Source: Eledone cirrhosa | Lineage: Eukaryota | DNA length: 64,000 nucleotides | Direction: 5' to 3' | Assembly: GCA_964016885.1 (NCBI GenBank) | Contig: OZ024749.1 | Span: 15,934,001-15,998,000 of the forward strand | Shown here: positions 1-13,212 of the stretch, piece by piece | Layout: each line of letters begins with the position of its first letter | Position numbering within the stretch: position 1 is the stretch's first letter | Position numbers and translations under genes: made by a program | Notes under the pieces: generated by a model | The model's input: the letters and a program-made list of their open reading frames with translations, nothing else | What the model was told of the DNA's origin: nothing | Databases searched by the model: none

Positions 1-11
1 TATATATATAT

Positions 12-291
12 ATTAAAGAAGAAATTAAAAGATGGTTAAAAGAGTTCCATATATTTTATTATGCGCATTTCGAAAACAACATCATCCTGGGACAAAAATT
101 GTGTTCTCATCAGATAAAATAAGGTAATATGATATGAGGCCTAAAAACACTTGTGAACAAGAAAGTATATGTAGACTGGACACTTTCCTGTTGACAAGTG
201 TTTTTAGGCCACATATTATGTTACCTTGTTTTTGAAATGCGCAAAATAAACTATATGGAACTTTTTTAACCATCTTTTAATTTCTTCTTTT
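12..291. mobile_element. Fold-back (inverted-repeat) element in (TA)n, Penelope-like pLTR-derived, with hammerhead motif
   Basis: About 65-bp imperfect terminal inverted arms (aagaagaaattaaaagatggttaaaa.../...ttttaaccatcttttaatttcttctt), TA repeats on both sides. Same family as 39043-39379. Confidence 0.65.
52..121 (-). ncRNA. Minimal type I hammerhead ribozyme motif
   Basis: Minus strand reads UAUUUUAU CUGAUGA GAACACAA...UUGUUUUC GAAA UGCGCA UA AUAAAAUA: 8-bp stem I, intact core, stem II with one mismatch, palindromic stem III. Confidence 0.7.
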
Positions 292-405
292 ATATATATA
301 TATATATACACATTTTGAGTATATGTTGGTTGTTTACCGAGACCTTAGTATGCAGATTGGAGCACTCAACGAAGTACGCAGGTTTGTTTGGTTACTCCGG
401 AGTAA

Positions 406-3179
406 TCTATATATATAAAACTGTGGTTGTCTGTCTGTCTATCGATTTTTGGCACACATCTCCTCTTAGAATCTCTCACGGAATTGCACCGAAATTGCTA
501 TACTTGTACATTGAGCCCTAGCGAAGACATCGGAAAAAAAAATTTCAAATTGACCCACCCTATGTGACGAAATCGAATATAATGTATCGATTTTTGAGCG
601 TAAGTGATCAGTTATTTCCCTTTGTTCTGTTTACATTGAGCGTCTGCGTGCAAAAATTAAAAAAATTACGCTGGCTTTCTCAGCGTTTAAAATGACATTA
701 ACACAATACACGATTTAAAGACTACGTAAAACAAGCCTTTTAAAACAATATTTTTACTTGAAAACAAGTCTATTTAAAAACAACTTAAAACAAGCAAATA
801 TTTCGTAAAAAAAAGCAAAAATTATATAAGTTTATATAAAATATATGTATCTGTAAATTTCGTTAGGCGTGCAGACAGACAGTCGTGCAGAGAGGTGATA
901 TAGGCGTGCAGACAGACAGTCGTGCAGAGAGGTGATATAGGCGTGCAGACAGATAGTCGTGCAGAGAGGTGATATAGGCGTGCAGACAGACATAACTGAT
1001 AATTTGGTTACGCTAATGTTTTTCTCTGCGTTGCGGTGTTTACATTTTCGATCTTTGTTAATAAATAACCAGTGCAGTTTCTATCCCCAGCATCCTCTTT
1101 TGTTATAACATTCGGGTTATCGTTATGTTTTCTTAACTTCATAAGGCATATTGTTGGTTGAGGGAATATTAATCAAAAACACCACATGCAAGTCTGCACA
1201 GTAGACACTACAGTTTTTAAGCCAAGAAAGAAACTTAACATTGTAACTTTAACACAGCTACTGAGCGACCCCGAGCAACGCCGGGCTTTACTGCTAGTAC
1301 ATCTATATATATAAAACTGTGGTTGTCTGTCTGTCTATCGATATTTGGCACACATCTCCTCTTAGAATCTCTCACGGAATTGCACCGAAATTGCTATACT
1401 TGTACATTGAGCCCTAGCGAAGACATCGGAAAAAAAAATTTCAAATTGACCCACCCTATGTGACGAAATCGAATATAATGTATCAATTTTTGAGCGTAAG
1501 TGATCAGTTATTTCCCTTTGTTCTGTTTACATTGAGCGTCTTACGTAAAAAATTAAAAAAATTACGCTGGCTTTCTCAGCGTTTAAAATGACATTAACAC
1601 AATACACGATTTAAAGACTACGTAAAACAAGCCTTTTAAAACAATATTTTTACTTGAAAACAAGTCTATTTAAAAACAACTTAAAACAAGCAAATATTTC
1701 GTAAAAAAAAGCAAAAATTATATAAGTTTATATAAAATATATGTATCTGTAAATTTCGTTAGGCGTGCAGACAGACAGTCGTGCAGAGAGGTGATATAGG
1801 CGTGCAGACAGACAGTCGTGCAGAGAGGTGATATAGGCGTGCAGACAGATAGTCGTGCAGAGAGGTGATATAGGCGTGCAGACAGACATAACCGATAATT
1901 TGGTTACGCTAATGTTTTTCTCTGCGTTGCAGTGTTTACATTTTCGATCTTTGTTAATAAATAACCAGTGCAGTTTCTATCCCCAGCATCCTCTTTTGTT
2001 ATAACATTCGGGTTATCGTTATGTTTTCTTAACTTCATAAGGCATATTGTTGGTTGAGGGAATATTAATCAAAAACACCACATGCAAGTCTGCACAGTAG
2101 ACACTACAGTTTTTAAGCCAAGAAAGAAACTTAACATTGTAACTTTAACACAGCTACTGAGCGACCCCGAGCAACGCCGGGCTTTACTGCTAGTACATCT
2201 ATATATATAAAACTGTGGTTGTCTGTCTGTCTATCGATTTTTGGCACACATCTCCTCTTAGAATCTCTCACGGAATTGCACCGAAATTGCTATACTTGTA
2301 CATTGAGCCCTAGCGAAGACATCGGAAAAAAAAATTTCAAATTGACCCACCCTATGTGACGAAATCGAATATAATGTATCGATTTTTGAGCGTAAGTTAT
2401 CAGTTATTTCCCTTTGTTCTGTTTACATTGAGCGTCTTACGTAAAAAATTACGCTGGCTTTAACAGTTGTCGAGCCAGCAAAATATTGACCTGCAAAATT
2501 CATCAGTTCGAACACTAGGCTTCCGTTTTGCTTCATTTCCATTTAAAAGCATTTTAAAACAATATTTTTACTTGAAAACAAGTCTATTTAAAGACTACGT
2601 AAAACAAGCAAATATTTCGTCGTTAGGCGTGCAGACAGACAGTCGTGCAGACAGACAGTCGTGCAGACAGACAGTCGTGCAGACAGACAGTCGTGCAGAG
2701 AGGTGATATACGCGTGCAGACAGACAGTCGTGCAGAGAGGCGATATAGGCGTGCAGACAGACAGTCGTGCAGAGAGGTGATATAGGCGTGCAGACAGACA
2801 GTCGTGCAGAGAGGTGATATAGGCGTGCAGACAGACAGTCGTGCAGAGAGGTGATATAGGCGTGCAGACAGACATAACTGATAATTTGGTTACGCTAATG
2901 TTTTTCTCTGCGTTGCAGTGTTTACATTTTCGATCTTTGTTAATAAATAACCAGTGCAGTTTCTATCCCCAGCATCCTCTTTTGTTATAACATTCGGGTT
3001 ATCGTTATGTTTTCTTAACTTCATAAGGCATATTGTTGGTTGAGGGAATATTAATAAAAAACACCACATGCAAGTCTGCACAGTAGACACTACAATTTTT
3101 AAGCCAAGAAAGAAACTTAACATTGTAACTTTAACACAGCTACTGAGCGACCCCGAGCAACGCCGGGCTTTACTGCTAG
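406..3179 (+). mobile_element. Three head-to-tail copies of a ~0.9-kb non-autonomous Helitron (406-1297, 1302-2193, 2198-3179)
   Basis: Each copy starts TC(tatatatataaaactgtgg) after an A and ends with a GC hairpin cccgagcaacgccggg followed by CTAG and T. Period 896 bp. An internal ~38-bp minisatellite is expanded in copy 3. Confidence 0.85.
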
Positions 3180-3183
3180 TGTA

Positions 3184-3325
3184 AAATAAAGTAATTAAGT
3201 CAAATATTTAAGATTTGGCTTCGTCTATTAGAGATGTACTGCTATATATATTTCGGTCACCGAAATATATATAGCAGTACATCTCTAATAGACGAAGCCA
3301 AATCTGAAATATTTGACTTAATTAC

Positions 3326-3332
<7 letters not shown>
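3184..3332. repeat. Near-perfect 149-bp palindrome (fold-back element)
   Basis: Arms mirror around 3258 (ttcggt-c-accgaa). The right arm begins GAAA-UAUAUA-UA, like a hammerhead 3' half, and is followed by (TA)n. Confidence 0.85.
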
Positions 3333-3366
<34 letters not shown>

Positions 3367-4065
3367 GTAATTTGAGTTTTTCGAATATTAGTAATAATAT
3401 TCGATTCGTTTGCAATTATGCAAACAAGCCTCATTTTTAAAGCCATCTCAGTAGAATGAGCCCCTCGTTCTTGCTCTTGTGTTGGCATTCTTACTCTTCT
3501 GTAAACAGAACTGCAGAGCCAATGTTTCTGGGTATTACCCATCATCAGTACAGTTCACCTGCCAACTGTCAGAGCTAGTGAAAATATATGATATTTTCTA
3601 AAATATACAGTGACTGATCGGCCTGATTTGCATATTAGCAGACTGGCTGGCTGATCAGTCAGATCTGCATATTTGCAGATCCACTGATCAGCCAGATTTG
3701 CATATTAGCAGACTGGCCCTTCAGTTTCCTGTGTAGGAGCGATAAATGGCCGGCTTTGCCATATTTAAATAAAAAAACCCAGATACATACATACATGCAC
3801 ATATACAATCACATATATATACACACACATACATACAGATACACATATACAGTCACATACATACACACACACACATATGCATACATACATATACATACAC
3901 ATATACACACACACATATACATACGTACACACACACATATACATACATACATACATACATACATACATACATACATACATACATACATACATACATACAC
4001 ACACATATACATACATACATACATACATACATACATACATACATACATACATACATACATACATG

Positions 4066-4456
4066 GTGGCTGCCAACTCGTTTTCGAGTACCGCCACTAC
4101 TTTATATTCATGTATCCATGTTGGAGAACCCCTATCGATGCGCTGAACGAGTGTGACATTTTAGTCCAGCCAGCGACTTGAAAACTCTGGTACAAACACT
4201 ACACTTGTGACAATTACTGACACATAGTGCTGGGCCCATGGTACCATGTGAGGACAAGTGCAAAGAGATCTCCAGATATAAAGCAATGCCTGTGCCGTGA
4301 AGCTTTTATAGTGAGCAAAGGCACTGCACAAAGCCAGTCCCACTCTCTTAGCCACGATGATATTTACCAAAAAGAAGAACAAGTCAACATCATTGGATAC
4401 CATCAGGGTTGAGGTGTTATATGAGAGTTTTCCTTCTCCTAGAATTCTGCCTTGAC
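4066..4456. mobile_element. Interspersed repeat embedded in (ACAT)n, probably retrotransposon-derived
   Basis: Highly similar to the longer copy at 27036-27708; flanked by (ACAT)n on both sides. Confidence 0.6.
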
Positions 4457-4612
4457 ATACATACATACATACATACATACATACATACATACATACATAC
4501 ATACATACATACATACATACACAGTAGATTATTGTAATATTTCCTGTCCCCTTTATCAAAAATATATTTTATTTTCTAGAAATTACTTGAGCCTTCTCTA
4601 TTTCAGACGTTA

Positions 4613-7018
4613 TTCTCGTCTCTCCCTATTTGTAATCTCGTCTCTCCCTATCTGTCATCTCGTCTCTCCCTATCTGTAATACGTCTCTCCCTATCTGTAA
4701 TCTCGTCTCTCCCTATCTGTAATCTCGTCTCTCCCTATTTGTAATCTCGTCTCTCCCTATCTGTAATACGTCTCTCCCTATCTGTAATCTCGTCTCTCCC
4801 TATTTGTAATCTCGTCTCTCCCTATCTGTAATCTCGTCTCTCCCTATCTGTAATCGCGTCTCTCCCTATCTGTCAACTCGTCTCTCCCTATCTGTAATCT
4901 CGTCTCTCCCTATTTGTAATCTCGTCTCTCCCTATCTGTCATCTCGTCTCTCCCTATCTGTAATCTCGTCTCTCCCTATCTGTAATACGTCTCTCCTTAT
5001 CTGTCATCTCGTCTCTCCCTATCTGTCATCTCGTCTCTCCCTATCTGTAATCTCGTCTCTGCCTATTTGTAATCTCGTCTCTCCCTATCTGTCATCTCGT
5101 CTCTCCATATCTGTAATCTCGTCTCTCCCTATCTGTAATACGTCTCTACCTATCTGTCATCTCGTCTCTCCCTATCTGTAATCTCGTCTCTCCCTGTCTT
5201 TAATCTCGTCTCTCCCTATCTGTAATCTCGTCTCTCCCTATCTGTAATCTCGTCTTTCCCTATCTGTAATCTCGTCTCTCCCTATCTGACTTCTCATCTC
5301 TCCCTATCTGTAATACGTCTCTCCCTATCTGTAATCTCGTCTCTCCCTATCTGTAATTCGTCTCTCCCTATCTGTCATCTCGTCTCTCCCTATCTGTAAT
5401 CTCGTCTCTCCCTATCTGTAATCTCGTCTTTCCCTATCTGTAATCTCGTCTCTCCCTATCTGTAATCTCGTCTCTCCCTATCTGTAATACGTCTCTCCCT
5501 ATCTGTAATTTCGTCTCTCCCTATCTGTAATCTCGTCTCTCCCTATCTGTAATCTCGTCTCTCCCTATCTGTAATACGTCTCTCCCTATTTGTAATCACG
5601 TCTCTCCCTATCTGTAATACGTCTCTCCCTATCTGTAATCTCGTCTCTCCCTATTTGTAATCTCGTCTCTCCCTATCTGTAATCTCGTCTCTCCCTATCT
5701 GTAATCTCGTCTCTCCCTATCTGTAATACGTCTCTCCCTATCTGTAATCTCGTCTCTCCCTATTTGTAATCTCGTCTCTCCCTATCTGTCATCTCGTATC
5801 TCCCTATCTGTAATCTCGTCTCTCCCTATCTGTAATCTCGTCTCTCCCTATTTGTAATCTCGTCTCTCCCTATCTGTCATCTCGTCTCTCCCTATCTGTA
5901 ATCTCGTCTCTCCCTATCTGTAATACGTCTCTCACTATCTGTCATCTCGTCTCTCCCTATCTGTAATCTCGTCTCTCCCTGTCTTTAATCTCGTCTCTCC
6001 CTATCTGTAATCTCGTCTCTCCCTATCTGTAATCTCGTATCTCCCTATCTGTCTTCTCGTCTCTCCCTATCTGTAATACGTCTCTCCCTATCTGTAATCT
6101 CGTCTCTCCCTATCTGTAATCTCGTCTTTCCCTATCTGTCATCTCGTCTCTCCCTATCTTTAATCTCGTCTCTCCCTATCTGTAATCTCGTCTCTCCCTA
6201 TCTGTAATCTCGTCTCTCCCTATCTGTAATACGTCACTCCCTATCTGTAATCTCGTCTCTCCCTATCTGTAATACGTCTCTCCCTATCTGTAATCTCGTC
6301 TCTCCCTATCTGTAATCTCGTCTCTCCCTATCTGTAATCTCGTCTCTCCCTATCTGTAATCTCGTCTCTCCATATCTGTAATTCGTCTCTCCCTATCTGT
6401 CATCTCGTCTCTCCCTATCTGTAATCTCGTCTCTCCCTATCTGTAATCTCGTCTCTCCCTATCTGTAATCTCGTCTTTCCCTATCTGTAATCTCATCTCT
6501 CCCTATCTGTAATACGTCTCTCCCTATCTGTAATTTCGTCTCTCCCTATCTGTAATACGTCTCTGCCCATCTGTAATCTCGTCTTTCCCTATCTGTAATC
6601 TCGTCTCTCCCTATCTGTCATCTCGTCTCTCCCTATATGTAATCTCGTCTCTCCCTATCTGTAATCTCGTCTTTCCCTATCTGTAATCTCGTCTCTCCCT
6701 ATCTGTAATACGTCTATCCCTATGTCATCTCGTCTCTCCCTATCTGTAATACGTCTCTCCCTATCTGTCATCTCGTCTCTCCCTATCTGTAATCTCGTCT
6801 TTCCCTATCTGTAATCTCGTTTGTCCCTATCTGTAATACGTCTCTCCCTATCTGTAATCTCGTCTCTCCCTATCTGTAATACGTCTCTCCCTATCTGTCA
6901 TCTCGTTTCTCCCTATCTGTAATCTCGTCTCTCCCTATCTGTAATTTCGTCTCTCCCTATCTGTAATGTCGTCTCTCCCTATTTGTAATCTCGTCTTTCT
7001 CTATTTGTAATCTCGTTT
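4613..7018. repeat. 22-bp satellite (tctcgtctctccctatctgtaa)n, about 110 copies
   Basis: Direct reading of tandem units with minor variants. Confidence 0.97.
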
Positions 7019-7110
7019 CAACGAGAATTCTGTATCTTTTCATTCATATTATTCTAAACATTATTTTTATAAATTTTCTTTTTCTATTAATGTTCTCCAT
7101 TTTGTAGTTT

Positions 7111-7163
<53 letters not shown>

Positions 7164-7709
7164 CTCTCTCTCTCTCTCTCTCTCCCCCTCTCTCTCTCTC
7201 TCTGACTCCCCCTCCCCCATCTCTCTCTAACATATGTATATATATATATATAAATGTATGTATACACACACATATATATATATATATACGTACATACGTA
7301 TATATATGTGTGTGTGTGTGTCTGTGTATGTATATATGTGTGTATGTATGTGTATGTATATGTTTGTGTATATGTGTATGTGTGTCTATGAGTATGTGTT
7401 TGTATATATGTTTGTGTATGTATATATATATATGTGTGTGTATGTATATGTGTGCGTGTATGTGTATGGGTATATGTGTGTGTATGTATACGTGTGTGTA
7501 TGTATATGTGTGCGTGTATGTATATGTATATGTGTATGTATATGTGTGTATGTATATGTGTGTATGTGTATATGTGTATGTGTATATGTAGTCCTTCTCC
7601 TGTACTCCTCATCAAAGCAGCAGTCTTTACAACAATGGTGAGTTTCTTTGTTAGAAATGAATTTCACCCATTCTCCTATTATTCTGCTATTCCTTTATGA
7701 TTGGAATAT

Positions 7710-7990
7710 TGGTGTAGTGGGGTGGTAGTGGTGTGGTGGTGTGGTGGTATGGTGTAGTGAGGTGGTAGTGGTGTGGTGGTGTGGTGGTATGGTGTAGTGA
7801 GGTGGTAGTGGTGTGGTGGTGTGGTGGTATGCTGTAGTGGTGTAGCGGTGTAGTAGTGTGGTGGTATGGTGATGTGGTGGTATGGAGTAGTGATGTAGTG
7901 GTGTGGTCGTGTGGTGCTGTAGTGATGTGGTGATGTGGTGATGTGGTGGTGTGGTGGTGTGGTGGTGTGGTAATGTAGTGGTGTGAGGGT
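7710..7990. repeat. GT-rich degenerate minisatellite (ggtgt/agtgg units)
   Basis: Tandem gtggtggtatggtgtagtg-like units. Confidence 0.8.
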
Positions 7991-8257
7991 GTGCAGGTGT
8001 AATACTGGTATTAATGTTACATTAGAATGTGTGTATGCATGTGTATACAGACGGATAATATATATAAATGCATATACGCATACATAGATTCACACACATA
8101 TATACACATATATCAATACGCATATACATTTATACACACACACACACACATATATACATATACATATATACAAATAATATACATACATATACATATATAT
8201 ATAAATATACACATATATATACCTATACAAATACATATATATCTCTATCTATATGTG

Positions 8258-8324
<67 letters not shown>

Positions 8325-8408
8325 TTATATATATATAAATGATATTAATAAATGGAAATCTGTTATAAATAAATCTGTTGAATTACCAACAAATTAAATA
8401 TCTCTTTG

Positions 8409-8525
<117 letters not shown>

Positions 8526-8584
8526 GATATATATATATATATATATAAGATATATATATATGATATATATATATATAAGATATA

Positions 8585-8668
<84 letters not shown>

Positions 8669-8695
8669 TATAGAGAGAGAGAGATACACGCACGC

Positions 8696-8733
<38 letters not shown>

Positions 8734-9119
8734 TTCCAGACACAAACATGTACACACGCATACAGACACATACACACACATCTGTACAAATCTCTACACA
8801 GAGACCTCCTCAGGTGCCTCAACATTGTATATAGAGGTGATATCTGGAGAAAAACCTGTGACGATATGTTGCTTTCTCTGTTTGTCCTCTGAAATATTCC
8901 TCATTATCTAATTGCTAATTACAAGCCAGTTGTTGCTTAATTAGACATATTGTTAATAAGAATAAGATGTAATTAATTATTCTATAGTAACACTAATAAT
9001 TACTAACAGATATCATCTACGGAAATGTGGTAACCTGAGTTCAATCTATATGTCCAGTTACTCCGGTGGTGGTGGTGGTGGTGGTGTGTGTGGGTTCTTG
9101 TCTGCACGGTATAGTTTCG

Positions 9120-9580
9120 TTAGTAGTAGTAACTTTTACCGTCGTCAATATATTTACATTGCGGTGTTGACTTTTAGCGTCCCCAATACTCTACTAACTA
9201 GTCCTTATTTTTAATGCTACCAGCAGCTGTATTTACACAGCGGTGTCGATTATTAGCGTCCCCAATGACTACTAAGTAGTCTTTATTTTCAATGTTGTTA
9301 GTAGTTCTATTTACGCGGTGATGTTAACTAATAGCATCCCTGATGGTTCTACCAAGTAGTATTTACTTTCAACGTCGCCAGTGGCTCTATATGCATGGCG
9401 GTGTTGGATATTAGCGTCTCGAATGACTCGACTAACTAGTATTTATTTTCGATGCCGTTTGTAGCTCCATTTACATGGCGGTGTTGGATAATAGCGTTCC
9501 AAATGACTAACTAGTAGTATTTACTTTCAAAGTCGTCAGTAGTTATATTTACAAAGTGGTGTTGACTATTAACATTCGGG
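9120..9580. repeat. Old, diverged ~79-bp tandem repeat, about 6 copies
   Basis: Recurring atttac..gcggtgttga..attagcgtcc..aatgact..ctaactagtatttattttc motif at ~79-bp spacing. Confidence 0.75.
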
Positions 9581-9804
9581 ATGTGAACCTATAAACTGTT
9601 CTATTAGATAAAACACGCATCAACTATCATTTCTAACCAGTCACACGAGAGTAGACACACGGCGATGACAGGTTATTGTTAATATTGTAGTTATTTTGTT
9701 GTTGCTATTTTTACAGTTATTGTTTTTGTAATTGTTAATGTCGTTGTTACTGTTGTTATTGTTACTGTTGTTGTTTTTGTTACTGTTGCTGCTATTGCTA
9801 ATGT

Positions 9805-9943
9805 TGAGTTCAAATCCCACCGAGGTTAACTTTACCTTTCATCATAACGGGGTCGATAAAATAAAGTACCAGTAATAAACTGGAGGTTTTTAATCGACTT
9901 TCCTCTCCTCCAAAATTGTTGGGCCTGAGTCTAAATCAGAAAC
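9805..9943 (+). mobile_element. tRNA-derived SINE, 5'-truncated
   Basis: Box B gagttcaaatccc followed by the family body ctttcatc..cggggtcgataaaataaagtaccag. Confidence 0.8.
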
Positions 9944-10104
9944 CTTTACTGTTATTTCTGTTGTTATTGTTGCTATGGAAGATGGTTGTGGTGGAGGGCA
10001 GGCGGGGATAAAGTTGACGGTGAAACAAAATAAAAAATAACACAAAAAATATAAAACATCACCAACACAAAACAATATCTCTCTATATCTATCTATCTAT
10101 CTGT

Positions 10105-10890
10105 TTGGTAGGACTTTCCGCCCGGGACCTATGGACAACTTCCAGAGGTCCCTGGCCTGGCAGTGCTACCGAGGAGCTCTACCAGTTTGTGACAAGATCT
10201 ACAGGCACAGACGCCCCCGCAGGGATCCTTCCAAGAGGACGTGTCCAAGATGCGCGCAGGACATTGATACCGTCCTGCACGCAATTGTACACTGCCCGGG
10301 CGTAACTGACCTGTGGAACTACGCAGAACAACTGCTGTCGCGTATGGGACAAATTCAGTTGACTGCTGAGTCCATAGTAAGGATCAAACCGCCAACTTCT
10401 TTCAAAAACGAAAGAGAGGCGGTTTTCCTCTGTATAGTGGCTATGGTGAAAGAGGTTATATGGTGGACGAGATTGAGAGGACTGGGGACAGATGCCTTTC
10501 TCTCCGGACAACTCATTCCCTTCTTTAGGTACCACTTTAGAAGAAGAATCAGAGTGGAGAGAAAGGCACTGCACCCTGAGTAAATTTACTGAAAGGTGGG
10601 TGAATGTGGCAAAAATGGCCTGAGTTATTGGGCCTTCTCTGTATATAAACCTGTAGGTTGAAGAAGAGAGCAAAAGGAAGAAAGGAGCACTTTCACAACA
10701 CGCTCCTGAAGTTGAGGGTTGTTCTATCGACGGGGTATTAAACAACCCATTTGTAACGCCTCCCCCCTATTGGGGATTTCGAATGTTATAATTGCTTGTT
10801 TTATATTATTTTACACGATTGTATGTAAAATCCCCGGCATGTCTTTGCTTTGTCCCCTTTTCTTGTGCGCCCTTGTGGCTAATAAAGAAA
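10105..10890 (+). mobile_element. 5'-truncated Tx1/L1-clade LINE (ORF2 C-terminus plus 3'UTR) in (TATC)n
   Basis: ORF 10131-10583 (MDNFQRSLAWQCYRGALPV...CPRC...H...HCP) is homologous to 51943-52460. It ends with cccttgtggctaataaagaaa, like the full-length copy. Confidence 0.88.
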
Positions 10891-10912
10891 TATATCTATC
10901 TATCTATAAAGA

Positions 10913-11066
<154 letters not shown>

Positions 11067-11843
11067 TGTGTGTGTGTGTGTGTGTGTGTGCGTGTCTGTG
11101 TGTGTGTGTATAAGTTAGTTCCACAAAAGTTAATTAACCATTGTCGAGGACAATTGTTTCACCTTAAAAGGATCAGCGGCTCGGCGGAATGGCTTACATC
11201 CGGAAAACGGAAGTCTATATGACGTTTAACATGCGCAGAGAATATCCTCAAGGGGACTGAGTGGTTTACTTCTGCGGATATAACCTAAAAGTGTTCTACC
11301 ACTATATATATGTGTGTGTGTGTGTGTGCGTGTGTGTGTGTTTGTGTGTACACACACACACGAAATGTTAAGACTGTTACTTTGGCATAATTGTTTTATT
11401 GCATAATATATATTTCAAGGACATAGTTATGCAATGGTTATATCATTGACAGTCTCCGCGTGACATCATCAGATGTTCATACAATTATAGTATAGTTATG
11501 CAAGAGTGCAGATATGCCGCTGGTTATGTGTGTGTTATCTTGGTGTGACGTGAGGGAACATATGAAATACTGAGACTCGTTTCTTGCTACTGCTTATCCT
11601 TCCGGCGTTACAACGTAACCTTCACGGATAAGCACCCTAATCATCTGCATTAATCCCGCCAATGTTAACTTTGCCTTTCATCCTTACGGGGTCGATAAAA
11701 TAAAGTACCAGTAATACACTGGGATAATTGCTGGCCTAGTGCCAAAAGTAGAAACGGTTATATATATATATGAAAAGATTCAGGATCCCGTCGGCTGAGC
11801 TTCGGCCGTTTCGACAGCTGGTATCTTACCACACCTTCATTGT

Positions 11844-11875
<32 letters not shown>

Positions 11876-11989
11876 CACACACATTTATATATATATATAT
11901 ACTAATGTAAGGTATCACAACATGTACAAACCACAAACCCTCCATCTCAATTCTACTTTTGAAAAGCACAAGGACTGCGAAACCGGTAA

Positions 11990-12163
11990 AGGAATGAAAT
12001 AAATATATATTTTTTTAAAAACGACTCTAGGTGTATTTTCGATTTCATCTTTTTTCCTTATACTTTCACTCGTGTAGGACATCTCGTTTTTTTTTCATTT
12101 TGTAAAAAAAACCTCACTTTCTAATATATATATATATATGTATATATATACTGTATATATATA

Positions 12164-12199
<36 letters not shown>

Positions 12200-12373
12200 T
12201 ATATATATACAGTATATATATACATATATATATATATATTAGAAAGTGAGGTTTTTTTTACAAAATGAAAAAAAAACGAGATGTCCTACACGAGTGAAAG
12301 TATAAGGAAAAAAGATGAAATCGAAAATACACCTAGAGTCGTTTTTAAAAAAATATATATTTATTTCATTCCT
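11990..12373. repeat. Perfect ~384-bp palindrome centred on a (TA)n tract
   Basis: About 135-bp unique arms plus mirrored interrupted TA repeats, centre near 12181. The arm family also occurs at 31103-31305. Confidence 0.9.
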
Positions 12374-12412
12374 ATATATATATACAGTATATGTATACAG
12401 TATATATATACA

Positions 12413-12467
<55 letters not shown>

Positions 12468-12532
12468 GAAGAGAGAAGAAACATTAGATATAATTAGTAA
12501 TAAGATGTATCATACCTAAACTGCTTCTAAAT

Positions 12533-12622
12533 TCCTCGACTACGTAGTTTCGTGTCATAATCAAAAACAATACATCACAGAGATATACAATTTTTGTGAG
12601 GTCTGCCGACTTATCAAGAGGA
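12533..12622 (-). ncRNA. Degenerate hammerhead ribozyme motif
   Basis: UCCUC UUGAUAA GUC...GACAC GAAA CUACGUAG UC GAGGA: stem I, palindromic stem III and a GUC triplet, but the core differs from CUGAUGA at two positions. Confidence 0.5.
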
Positions 12623-12876
12623 TACCTCATTAAGGGTTTCAAAAACACGTCTGTAAGATGCGAGATAGAATCCCAAAAGGGGAGTCAATCACGTGATACG
12701 GCGGTCAAGAAACAGAGCTAAGCCTCTTATAACCCTGAAAAAAATACCACGGAGGCGGAGGGGGTATTTATATCGAGGCCGTAGAAGAGGTGGTTAAGGG
12801 GGCAAGAAGTATGAGTAATGGTAGCTTTCCAGCAGTCACTACACTTCAAGGGTTACTCGACCAAAGGGAGTTATAA

Positions 12877-13159
12877 ACAATATATAGAGAAACACACAGA
12901 TACATGCAGACACACACATATACATGAATATATCCACATCCATCCTTGAGTTAATGGTGCCAACCTTAACCGATGTTGCTCTATGAATAACTGGGACAAA
13001 CCAATCCGAATGGATTAGACTGAACCAGTATCAGGATTGGTTTGTCCCAGTTATTCATAGAGCAACATCGGTTAAGGTTTGCACCATTAACTCAAGGATG
13101 GATGTGGATATATTCATGTATATGTGTGTGTCCGCATGTATCTGTGTGTTTCTCTATAT

Positions 13160-13164
<5 letters not shown>
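12877..13164. repeat. Fold-back element, ~131-bp arms with a 26-bp spacer
   Basis: 12877-13007 is the near-perfect reverse complement of 13034-13164; followed by (TA)n. Confidence 0.88.

Positions 13165-13210
<46 letters not shown>

Positions 13211-13212
<2 letters not shown>

Noticed and set aside
4161-4559. 132-aa ORF repeated at 27240-27482 as a host gene
   Set aside because: It lies within a dispersed repeat, has no recognisable domain and extends into microsatellite.
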